From: Acidobacteriota bacterium
Lineage (GTDB): Bacteria > Acidobacteriota > Polarisedimenticolia > J045
Length of the DNA: 49,845 nt
Direction: 5' to 3'
Assembly (NCBI GenBank): GCA_003695625.1
Contig: RFIB01000337.1
Location: 1-49,845, forward strand
Of the stretch, positions 41,459 through 48,955 are shown piece by piece; the stretch's first letter is position 1, and every line of letters starts with the position of its first letter. A program made the translations under genes and the position numbers. The notes beneath the pieces were generated by a model. The model was not told the DNA's origin. It did not search any database and was given only the letters and a program-made list of their open reading frames with translations.

Positions 41459-42849
41459 AGCACGTACCGTGCGAGGTCGTCCTTCTCGACGACCTGCGCC
41501 AGGGCGTCGCGCACCTTGCCCGCATCGATCACGACCTGCCCGCGCGCACGGTCGGGCGCGTCGAACAGGATCGGCTCGAGCAGGCGTTCGAGGATCGTGG
41601 TCAGCCGCCGCGCCCCGATGTTCTCCATCTGCGCGTTGGCGCGGTCGGCGATCGACGCGATCTCCTCGATCGCGTCGGGCCGGATCTCGAGGTCGACGCC
41701 GTCGACCGCCAGCAGCGCCTGGTACTGGCGGATCAGCGAGTTCTCCGGCTCGGTCAGGATGCGCACGAAGTCCTCGCGGCCCAGCGCGCGCAGCTCGACG
41801 CGGATCGGGAATCGCCCCTGGAGCTCGGGGATCAGGTCCGACGGCCGCGCGACGTGGAACGCGCCCGCGGCGATGAACAGGATGTGGTCCGTGCGCACCG
41901 GACCGTGCTTGGTCTGGACGATCGTGCCCTCGACGATCGGCAGCAGGTCGCGCTGGACGCCCTGGCGGCTGACGTCGGGCCCGTGTCCCTGGCCGCCCGG
42001 GGCGGCGACCTTGTCCAGCTCGTCGATGAACAGGATGCCGGTCTGCTCGACGCGCCGGACGGCCTCCTTCTCGATCGCCTCCTGGTCGAGGCGCGCGTCC
42101 TCCTCCTGGCGCTGGAGGATCGTGCGCGCCTCGGAGACCTTCACGCGCCGTTCCTTCTCGCGGCGCCCGAACATCCCGGGCAGCATCTCCCCGAGCCGGA
42201 CGTCGATCTCCTCCATCCCGGGCGCGCCGGCGATCTTGAACGCCGCCGTCGACTCGTCGGGCACGCGGATGGTGACGACCAGGTCCTCGAGCTCGCCTTC
42301 GCGAAGCCGCCGGCGGAGCTCCTCGCGCGCCTCGATCCGCGCCCGGCCATCGCCGGCGCCGACGCCCTGCGCGGCGGCGATCGCCTCGAGCAGTCGGTCC
42401 TCGACCGCCCGGCGCGCTGCGGCATGCACGTCGCGGCGCCGCTCGGTGCGCACGATGTCGATCGCCACCTCGACCAGGTCGCGCACCATCGACTCGCAGT
42501 CGCGGCCGACGTAGCCGACCTCCGTGAACTTGGTCGCCTCGATCTTGAGGAACGGACTGCCGGTCAGGCGCGAGAGCCGGCGCGCGATCTCGGTCTTGCC
42601 GACGCCGGTCGGCCCGATCATCAGGATGTTCTTCGGCAGCACCTCCTCCGCGGCCTGGGGCGGAAGCTGGCGCCGGCGCCACCGGTTGCGCAGGGCCACG
42701 GCGACGGCGCGCTTGGCGTCGTTCTGCCCCACGATGAAGCGGTCGAGCGCGGCGACGACCTCGCTCGGCGTCATCGCGTCGGCGCGCGCCGTCGGTCCCG
42801 TGCCCTCGAGCGGAGGGCGCCTGGAGCTGTCCGGCATGTAGAAGACCAT
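41455..42849 (-). CDS. hslU: ATP-dependent protease ATPase subunit HslU
   Basis: Motifs MTPSEVVAALDRFIVGQNDAKRAVAVALRNRWRR, Walker A GPTGVGKTEIARRL. The start is ambiguous: ATG at 42849 (longest), 42837 or 42774. The last matches the canonical HslU N-terminus. Confidence 0.95.
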   Translation of the reverse strand: MVFYMPDSSRRPPLEGTGPTARADAMTPSEVVAALDRFIVGQNDAKRAVAVALRNRWRRRQLPPQAAEEVLPKNILMIGPTGVGKTEIARRLSRLTGSPFLKIEATKFTEVGYVGRDCESMVRDLVEVAIDIVRTERRRDVHAAARRAVEDRLLEAIAAAQGVGAGDGRARIEAREELRRRLREGELEDLVVTIRVPDESTAAFKIAGAPGMEEIDVRLGEMLPGMFGRREKERRVKVSEARTILQRQEEDARLDQEAIEKEAVRRVEQTGILFIDELDKVAAPGGQGHGPDVSRQGVQRDLLPIVEGTIVQTKHGPVRTDHILFIAAGAFHVARPSDLIPELQGRFPIRVELRALGREDFVRILTEPENSLIRQYQALLAVDGVDLEIRPDAIEEIASIADRANAQMENIGARRLTTILERLLEPILFDAPDRARGQVVIDAGKVRDALAQVVEKDDLARYVL

Positions 42850-42865
42850 GATCGTCGTCCCGAGC

Positions 42866-43408
42866 CTACGTCGACGCCTCGAGCGTCTCGCAGACGATGT
42901 TGTCGTTGGTGTAGATGTCGATGCCGGCGGCGATCGCCAGCGCGTTGCGGGCGATCTGCTCCGCGTCGAGTTCGGTGAACCGGGCCAGGGCGCGCGCCGC
43001 CGCGAGCGCGAGCGCCCCGCCGCTGCCGACCGCGAGCAGCCCGTCGTCGGGCTCGATCAGGTCGCCGGTCCCCGACAGCAGCAGCGTGCGCTCGCGGTCG
43101 GCGACGACGAGCACCGCGTCGAGCCGGCGCAGCGCGCGGTCGGTCCGCCAGTCGCGGACCAGCTCGATCGCCGCCCGCTCGAGCCGCCGGCCGTGCTGCT
43201 CGAGCTTCTCCTCGAAGCGCGAGAACAGGGCGAAGGCGTCGGCAGCCCCCCCGGCGAATCCGGCGAGCACCTCGCCGCCCGCCAGCCGCCGCACCTTGCG
43301 CGCCGAGCCCTTGATCACGGTCCGGTCGAGGGTGACCTGCCCGTCGCCGGCCAGCGCCACCCGCCCGTCCCGGCGCACCGCCAGCACGGTGGTCCTGCGC
43401 ATCCGCAT
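42866..43408 (-). CDS. hslV: ATP-dependent protease subunit HslV
   Basis: N-terminal TTVLAV (catalytic Thr after processing), [14 protein letters not shown], and hslVU pairing. Confidence 0.95.
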   Translation of the reverse strand: MRMRRTTVLAVRRDGRVALAGDGQVTLDRTVIKGSARKVRRLAGGEVLAGFAGGAADAFALFSRFEEKLEQHGRRLERAAIELVRDWRTDRALRRLDAVLVVADRERTLLLSGTGDLIEPDDGLLAVGSGGALALAAARALARFTELDAEQIARNALAIAAGIDIYTNDNIVCETLEAST

Positions 43409-43461
43409 CCGTCGTCTTCTCCGTGGCTTGGCGGCGTTCTCCGGCCGCCGCGCCCGCCCTG

Positions 43462-43489
43462 TCGACCGGTCCGGACGCCCGCCTATATT
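43462..43489 (+). promoter_or_regulatory. Candidate promoter in hslV/kinase divergent gap (TCGACC-N16-TATATT)
   Basis: The only AT-rich core (CCTATATTGG) in the 122-nt divergent gap. On the opposite strand the same core reads AATATA with TTTACG 18 nt upstream. Confidence 0.25.
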
Positions 43490-43530
43490 GGACCCCGAGG
43501 GTGGGTGCGTAAAGGAAGCGGGCGGGCGCT

Positions 43531-45396
43531 GTGGCCATGGAACGCGGCGGACGACGAGATCGCCTCGCGCTGGTCGCGATGGCGCTGGGAGCGGTCCCGG
43601 CGACCGCCTGGCTCGCGCTCCGCGGCACCCCCCCGCCCACCGACGCGCTGATCACCTGGCTCGTGTTCCTCGCCCTCGGGCTGGCGTGGTCCGGACTCGC
43701 GCGGCTCGGCCGAGGCTCGACCGAGCGCGACCTCGCCTCGGCGCTCGTTCCCGCCACGTATCTCGCTCTCGTCCCGTTCGCGCCGCCGCTGCTGGTCGTG
43801 GTCAGCGCCGTCGCGCTCGCGCTGACCGAGGGCGTGCTCGGCCGCCGCGATGCGCGCGCGACGCTCGCCACGACGCTCGCCGCGCTGGGCGGGACCGCCG
43901 CCGCAGCGCTGCTGGTCGGCTGGCTGCTGTCAGGCGGTGATCCCGCCGCGCTCGACTCGACGCTCGGATCGGTGCTCGCCGGGCTGGTGTTCGGCGTGAC
44001 GGCGCACTTTCTCGCCCGCCGGATCGACCGGCGCCCGGCGCCGTCGGGTGCCGCGGAGGGCGCCGTCGGCCTCTCCCCGCCGGTCCGCTCGGTGATCACC
44101 GCCTGCGCCGCCGGACTGCTCGCCTCGAGCTGGACACTGCATCCGCTGCTGATCGTCGTCGCGGCGATCCCGCTCACGCTGCTGCTGCTCGTCGTCGCCC
44201 GCCTCGAGGCCGATCACCGCCAGCTCGCGCTGAGCCGGGCGGAGCTGGCGCGCGTCGAGTCACGCCTCGAGCGCTCGGAGAAGCTCTCCGCCCTCGGCCA
44301 GCTCGCCTCGGCCGTCGCGCACGAGCTGAACAACCCGCTCGCCTCGCTGATCGCCGCGGCCGAACTGCTCGGCAGCGGAGGAGACGAGCGCACGCGCGAG
44401 AAGCTGCGCGAGCGGATCCTGCGCGAGGCGCGCCGCGCGTCGCTGATCGTCTCCGAGCTGCTCGCATTCTCGCGCCAGCGCCGGCCGCGCCCCCGGCGCT
44501 GCGAGCCGCGCCGCGTGATCGAGGAGGTGATCGCGCTGCGTGCCGAGCCCTGCCGCGAGCAGGGGATCGCGCTGTCCGCCGAGATTCCGCCCGACCTGCC
44601 CGCGCTGCGGGCCGACGGGCACCAGCTCGTCCAGCTGCTGGTCAACCTCGTCACCAACGCGGAGCAGGCGATCCGCGGCTCCGGGAGCGGCGGTCGCATC
44701 GTCGTCCGTGCCCGCCGCACCGGGGGCGTGCTCGAGCTGACCGTCTCGGACGACGGTCCGGGCATCCCGCCGGACCAGGTCGAACGGATCTTCGAGCCGT
44801 TCTTCACCACGAAGAGGCCCGGCGAGGGGACCGGACTCGGACTGCCGATCTGCGCGGGGATCGTCCAGGAGCACGGCGGCAGGATCGACGTCGTCTCGCG
44901 TCCGGGACGCGGCACGTCGTTCGTCGTGCGCCTGCCGTGGGTCGAGCCGCAGGCGGGGGACGAGGCGGAACCGACCGCGTCCGGCGAGACCACCGCACCG
45001 ACGGCACCGTTCGGGCGCGGGCGCCGCGTGCTCGTCGCCGACGACGAGGAGGGCGTGCGCGAGGTGCTGGCCGAGGCGATGGCGCGCTGGGGCTTCGAGG
45101 TGGTCACCGCGGCGACCGGCGACCAGGCCCTCGCCGCGATGCGGCGCGCACCGTTCGATCTCGGCCTGATCGACCGCCAGATGCCCGGTCCGGGCGGGAC
45201 CGAGCTGGTCGGCCGCGCCGAGCGCGCCGGCTGCGCCCCGCGGGCGGTGATCTACGTCACCGGCGAGCTGCCCGGCGAGGGGGAACCCGATCCGGCGCGC
45301 CCGACGCTGGCCAAGCCGTTCACGCTCGACGCGCTGCGCGACGCGGTCGCCGGCGCCCTGGCGCGTCAGCCGGCCGGCGAGCCGAGCGCGGTCTGA
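43531..45396 (+). CDS. Hybrid sensor histidine kinase/response regulator (multi-TM sensor, HisKA, HATPase_c, REC)
   Basis: N-terminal polytopic membrane domain, H-box [12 protein letters not shown]-boxes DDGPGI and GTGLGLPIC, and a C-terminal receiver (VLVADDEE...LIDRQMPG...KPF). Start is GTG at 43531 or ATG at 43537. Confidence 0.88.
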   Translation: MAMERGGRRDRLALVAMALGAVPATAWLALRGTPPPTDALITWLVFLALGLAWSGLARLGRGSTERDLASALVPATYLALVPFAPPLLVVVSAVALALTEGVLGRRDARATLATTLAALGGTAAAALLVGWLLSGGDPAALDSTLGSVLAGLVFGVTAHFLARRIDRRPAPSGAAEGAVGLSPPVRSVITACAAGLLASSWTLHPLLIVVAAIPLTLLLLVVARLEADHRQLALSRAELARVESRLERSEKLSALGQLASAVAHELNNPLASLIAAAELLGSGGDERTREKLRERILREARRASLIVSELLAFSRQRRPRPRRCEPRRVIEEVIALRAEPCREQGIALSAEIPPDLPALRADGHQLVQLLVNLVTNAEQAIRGSGSGGRIVVRARRTGGVLELTVSDDGPGIPPDQVERIFEPFFTTKRPGEGTGLGLPICAGIVQEHGGRIDVVSRPGRGTSFVVRLPWVEPQAGDEAEPTASGETTAPTAPFGRGRRVLVADDEEGVREVLAEAMARWGFEVVTAATGDQALAAMRRAPFDLGLIDRQMPGPGGTELVGRAERAGCAPRAVIYVTGELPGEGEPDPARPTLAKPFTLDALRDAVAGALARQPAGEPSAV

Positions 45397-46178
45397 GACG
45401 CGGTGCCGGCCGCCTCCTGCTCGAGCCGCCGCGCCATCTCGCGCGCCTGCTGCGCGAACCGGCCGCCGGCGTACTCGGTGAGCAGCCGCTCGAGGCTGGC
45501 CCGTGCATTTTCGAGGTCGCCGACGGCGCGGTAGGCCTGGGCCAGACGCAGCATCGCCTCCTCGCGGCGCAACGAGCGCGGGTAGCGGTCGATCATGTAG
45601 GTCAGCCGGCCGATGGTGCCCGCGTAGTGTCCGCCCTCGAAGTAGAACTCGGCGACCTTCCACTCGTGCTCAGCGAGCCGCGTCTGCACGCGCGCGAGCA
45701 TCTCGCGCGCCGGCTGCTGCCACGGACTGTCCGCCGGCAGCTCGCGGATCATCGCCTCGAAGTGCGCCAGCGCCCGCAGCGAGTACTCCTGGTCGTTCTC
45801 CGGGCTCTCGGCCTGGCGGAACAGGCACAGGCCGATCATGTAGCGCGCCCGGTCGGCCTCCGGGTGCGTCGGGAAGAAGCTCAGGAACTGCTCGTAGCGG
45901 TTCTGCGCCTCGATCGTGTTGACCGTGCCGCCCTGGTAGAAGTAGGCGTCGGCGATGGCGAGCTTGACCTTCGGGTCGAGCGTCTCGCTGACCGGCGTGA
46001 GCAGCCCGACGTCGCCGAGCAGCTCGATCGCCTGCAGGAACTGGCGCTTGGCGATCTTCTCGCGCGCCTTGCGGTAGAGCAGCTCGTTGTCGTCGATCAG
46101 CTCGCGATTGCGCGCGCAGCCCGAGGCGGCGATCGCCGCGAGCAGCGCGATCGTCCACAGGGCGCGGCTCCGGGGCAT
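45366..46178 (-). CDS. bamD: Outer membrane protein assembly factor BamD (YfiO-like TPR lipoprotein)
   Basis: Lipobox LLAAIAASGC and TPR-like repeats with the BamD-typical pattern (ADAYFYQG..., RARYMIGLCLFRQ, EFYFEGGHYAGTIGRL). The ATG shares one nt with the upstream stop (TGATG). Confidence 0.82.
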   Translation of the reverse strand: MPRSRALWTIALLAAIAASGCARNRELIDDNELLYRKAREKIAKRQFLQAIELLGDVGLLTPVSETLDPKVKLAIADAYFYQGGTVNTIEAQNRYEQFLSFFPTHPEADRARYMIGLCLFRQAESPENDQEYSLRALAHFEAMIRELPADSPWQQPAREMLARVQTRLAEHEWKVAEFYFEGGHYAGTIGRLTYMIDRYPRSLRREEAMLRLAQAYRAVGDLENARASLERLLTEYAGGRFAQQAREMARRLEQEAAGTASQTALGSPAG

Positions 46179-46609
46179 CAGGGCTCCTCCTCGGCGGCGG
46201 GATCGACCCACGGGGCGAGGATCTCGCGCACGGCGACGGGAATCCGTCGCGGGCGGCCATCGAGCCCGCACGACGCGTGCTCGGTGAAGCCGCGCGCCAG
46301 CTCTCCCGTTCCGTCCGGTCCCTCGATACGGTACCGGAACCTGACCCGGACGCCAGCGAGTCCGGCCAGCACGGTGCGGACCGTCAGCAGCTCGTCGTAG
46401 CGCGCCGGCCGCCGGTAGCGCGCCCCGAGCTCGACGACCGGGAACATCAGCCCCAGCTCCTCCTCGAGGCGCACGTACGGCAGCCCGGCGGCGCGCATCA
46501 GCTCGGTGCGCCCGATCTCGAACCAGACCGGGTAGCGGCTGTGATGCGCGAACCCCATCCGGTCGACCTCGGGATAGCCGACCCGGACCGTCGTGCAGTG
46601 GGCGCTCAC
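46178..46609 (-). CDS. Acyl-CoA thioesterase, YbgC/FadM (4HBT hotdog) family
   Basis: The 143-aa sequence VRVGYPEVDRMGFAHHSRYPVWFEIGRTELMR is typical of the YbgC/4HBT family. The GTG start overlaps the rpe stop as GTGA. Confidence 0.85.
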   Translation of the reverse strand: MSAHCTTVRVGYPEVDRMGFAHHSRYPVWFEIGRTELMRAAGLPYVRLEEELGLMFPVVELGARYRRPARYDELLTVRTVLAGLAGVRVRFRYRIEGPDGTGELARGFTEHASCGLDGRPRRIPVAVREILAPWVDPAAEEEP

Positions 46610-47271
46610 GCAAGCCCCCGCTGCGCGGCCGCCCGCAGCTCGCGGACCGCCTGCGCCGCGTCCGGACGCCCGAACACGGCGTTGCCCGCGACGAGCGAGC
46701 GCGCGCCGGCCCGGACGACCGCCTCGGCGTTGTCCGGCCCGATGCCGCCGTCGACCTGGATCCGCGTCGCGGACCCCTGCGCGGCGATCCGCTCGGCGAG
46801 CCGCGCGATCCGCGCGGTGGCCCGCTCGATGAACGACTGGCCGCCGAAGCCGGGGTTGACCGACATCACGAGCACCCAGTCGGCCTCGTCGAGCACCTCG
46901 CCGACCGCCTCGAGCGGCGTCGCGGGGTTGATCGCGACGCCCGCCTCGGCCCCGGCCTCGCGGATCGCGCCGAGCGCCCGGTGCAGGTGCACCGTCGCCT
47001 CGGCGTGGATCGTGATCCGGTGCGCCCCCGCCTCGGCATAGCGCGCGATCCACGCCTCGGGATGCTCGATCATCAGGTGGCAGTCGAGCGGAAGCTCCGT
47101 CGCCGCGCGCAACGCGCGCACGACCGGCGGCCCGATCGTCAGGTTCGGCACGAAGTGGCCGTCCATGACGTCGACGTGCACCACGTCGGCGCCGCCCTGC
47201 TCGATGCGCTGCAGCTCGTCGGCGAGTCGCGCGAAGTCCGCGCTGAGGATCGACGGCGCGATCTCGATCAT
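46606..47271 (-). CDS. rpe: Ribulose-phosphate 3-epimerase
   Basis: Motifs IAPSILSADFARL, HVDVMDGHFVPN, MSVNPGFGGQSF, QVDGGI. The ATG overlaps the PASTA gene stop as ATGA. Confidence 0.95.
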   Translation of the reverse strand: MIEIAPSILSADFARLADELQRIEQGGADVVHVDVMDGHFVPNLTIGPPVVRALRAATELPLDCHLMIEHPEAWIARYAEAGAHRITIHAEATVHLHRALGAIREAGAEAGVAINPATPLEAVGEVLDEADWVLVMSVNPGFGGQSFIERATARIARLAERIAAQGSATRIQVDGGIGPDNAEAVVRAGARSLVAGNAVFGRPDAAQAVRELRAAAQRGLA

Positions 47272-48113
47272 CGGGGAATCTCCATCTCGAGCACCATCGG
47301 CGGGCGCGTGACGATCGACACGCGGTCGCCGGGGCGCACGCGGTGGCCCGGACGCGGCCACTGGTCGGCAATCGTGTCCTGCTCACCGGGCGCCGCGGTC
47401 GAACCGTCGCGGCGCGCACGGATCCGCCGGAAGCCGGCCCGCTCGAGCGCCCGGCGCACCGCGGACCACGCCCGGCCCTCGAGGTCGGGCATGACGAAGG
47501 CCCGCTCCGGCGGGCCGGCGCTGACGAGCAGCGCGACCCGGTCGCCGGGATACGCCTCGGTGCCGGGCGGCGGGTCCTGCGAGATCACCCGCCCGATCGG
47601 CACGCGCGCGGACGGGACGGTCATCGTGTGCCGGACCGACAGCCGCGCGGCCCGCAGCGCGAGCTGGGCGCCGCGCGCGCTCATCCCGGCCAGGTCCGGC
47701 ACGACCGCCCGGGCGGGCCCGAGGCTGAGCACGAGACGCACCGGCCGGGCGCGCTTGGTCCGGGTGCCGGCGAGCGGAAACTGCTCGAGGACCTTGCCCG
47801 CGGGGACGTTCGGGTCGTGTCGCGAGCCGCTGACCGCCACGCGCAGCCCGCTGCGCTCGAGCAGCGCGCGCGCCTCGTCGGCCTCGAGGTCGACCACGTC
47901 GGGCACGACGAGTTCGGGACGCGAGACCGCCGCGCGCAGCGTCAGGTAGAGCCCGAATCCGAACGCCGCGCCGAGCGTGCCGGCGAGGATCAACCCGATA
48001 CCGGCGATCCGTCCGGCCCCCGCCAGCATCAGGCGCCAGCGGGCGGCCGTCCGACGGGACTCTCCCCTCTCCGCCCCGCACTCCGCATCGGTCGCCGGGC
48101 TGTCTTCCGCCAT
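47268..48113 (-). CDS. Membrane-anchored PASTA domain protein (three PASTA repeats, no kinase or PBP domain)
   Basis: One TM helix (IAGIGLILAGTLGAAFGFGLYL) followed by three VPD(L/V)xG...PASTA repeats. The ATG at 48113 has GGAG 7 nt upstream. An alternative ATG at 48137 lacks an SD and lies inside a hairpin. Confidence 0.8.
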   Translation of the reverse strand: MAEDSPATDAECGAERGESRRTAARWRLMLAGAGRIAGIGLILAGTLGAAFGFGLYLTLRAAVSRPELVVPDVVDLEADEARALLERSGLRVAVSGSRHDPNVPAGKVLEQFPLAGTRTKRARPVRLVLSLGPARAVVPDLAGMSARGAQLALRAARLSVRHTMTVPSARVPIGRVISQDPPPGTEAYPGDRVALLVSAGPPERAFVMPDLEGRAWSAVRRALERAGFRRIRARRDGSTAAPGEQDTIADQWPRPGHRVRPGDRVSIVTRPPMVLEMEIPR

Positions 48114-48132
48114 GCGGTCACTCCGGGAATCG

Positions 48133-48159
48133 GGCATCCCGCGGCTCGGGCGGGATGCC
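48133..48159 (-). promoter_or_regulatory. 10-bp perfect hairpin at the 5' end of the PASTA-rpe transcript, enclosing the upstream AUG
   Basis: GGCATCCCGC at 48133-48142 pairs with GCGGGATGCC at 48150-48159, with a 7-nt loop. A TAGACT -10-like hexamer lies at 48170-48165 on the minus strand, just upstream. Confidence 0.35.
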
Positions 48160-48322
48160 GCTGAAGTCTAGCTGGAGCGGACGGTCGAAGTCGAAGCGGG
48201 GTGCCGCAGACGCACTCGATGCCTCGCCCGCAGGGTTGCACGCCCGAGCCGTGGCCGGAGGTCATGCGACGAGCTGCGCGATCGTCGTCCGGACCCGAGC
48301 CGAAGCACCGCGGATGCAGGCC

Positions 48323-48362
48323 GGGCGCCGCAAGCCGGCCCAAGGCCGGCTTGCAGGCGCCC
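48323..48362 (-). terminator. Strong hairpin immediately after the Cys-rich gene stop
   Basis: GCAAGCCGGCC-CAA-GGCCGGCTTGC (48330-48354) forms a perfect 11-bp stem, extended by GGGCGCC/GGCGCCC with one bulge. It starts 1 nt after the TAG stop (48363-48365). There is no clear U-tract, as is common in GC-rich genomes. Confidence 0.5.
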
Positions 48363-48869
48363 CTACGGCTTGCTCACCGGCTTGCACTTGCCGCTGCCGG
48401 TAATCGTGCCACAGCCCGTCTCGCAGTCGGCCTCGGCATTGTTCACGCCGCCGTCCGAACACTTCATGTGCTTCCCGTTGTTCGGTGTGCAGCGACCGCC
48501 GTCGACCGAAAGTTCATAGTTCTTGTCAGGGCACTCGAGCGTGCTGCTCGCGAAGGGCAGCGGATCCGGAGGCGTCCAGTCCACGGGAACGACCAGGCAG
48601 AACCCTTTGCCGAACACGGAGCCGCAGCCAGTCGCTGAAGCGCTGGCGCCGCTGCTCCCGTCGGGCGACGTGCACCGCATCTCGGGGCCCACCAAGGTGC
48701 ACTGCCCGCCTTCCACGCCCGGAGACAGCGCGTAGAGCGTCCCCGTGCCGTTGTCCCAGACCGTCATCGGAACGGAGCCATCGGCGAGGGCCGACCCTGC
48801 GGCAGCCAGCCCGACGACGACGAGTGCGACGAACCATGTCCGCACCGTCCGGCCAACGTGTCGGTACAT
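48363..48869 (-). CDS. Small secreted cysteine-rich protein of unknown function (168 aa precursor, 10 Cys)
   Basis: The ATG is preceded by AAGGAGGA 7 nt upstream. Signal peptide TWFVALVVVGLAAAGSALA|DG. The mature part has 10 Cys. Many A/T-ending codons are used (AAA, AAT, TAT, ATT, TGT, GAA, CTT...), unlike all neighbouring genes. I recognise no family. Confidence 0.7.
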   Translation of the reverse strand: MYRHVGRTVRTWFVALVVVGLAAAGSALADGSVPMTVWDNGTGTLYALSPGVEGGQCTLVGPEMRCTSPDGSSGASASATGCGSVFGKGFCLVVPVDWTPPDPLPFASSTLECPDKNYELSVDGGRCTPNNGKHMKCSDGGVNNAEADCETGCGTITGSGKCKPVSKP

Positions 48870-48924
48870 GATTTGTCCTCCTTTCCGAAGTCCATGTCGC
48901 GTTCCGGCCGGTTGCGACGTGAAA

Positions 48925-48955
48925 ATTCTAGCCCCCCCCCGCGCGCAAACGTCAA
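48925..48955 (-). promoter_or_regulatory. Candidate promoter of the Cys-rich gene: TTGACG-N19-TAGAAT with G9 tract in the spacer
   Basis: On the minus strand, TTGACG at 48955-48950, the spacer TTTGCGCGCGGGGGGGGGC (19 nt), and TAGAAT at 48930-48925. The predicted leader is about 50 nt. The -35 overlaps the rsmB stop codon. Confidence 0.45.
48932..48940. repeat. Homopolymeric C9/G9 tract
   Basis: Nine consecutive C on the + strand, the longest homopolymer I noticed in the window. It lies between the -35 and -10 candidates above. Confidence 0.95.

Noticed and set aside
42774-42849. Alternative hslU starts (42849, 42837, 42774).
   Set aside because: Not resolvable by eye, since none has a clear SD. 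42774 gives the canonical MTPSE... N-terminus, while 42849 is the longest ORF. I reported the longest and noted the ambiguity.
45366-45396. A 31-nt convergent overlap of the hybrid kinase and bamD 3' ends. Similar small convergent overlaps occur at 39549-39556 and 7919-7932.
   Set aside because: These are consistent with the general compaction of this genome. There is no evidence of antisense regulation.
48184-48196. Short tandem GTCGAA-GTCGAA and a repeated CCCGAGCCG 9-mer in the 225-nt gap downstream of the Cys-rich gene; I also considered a hidden tRNA or sRNA here.
   Set aside because: The repeats are too short to be meaningful. I could find no tRNA-like T-arm or anticodon-arm pattern. 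Apart from the terminator hairpin and the 5' hairpin already reported, I could not support an RNA gene.
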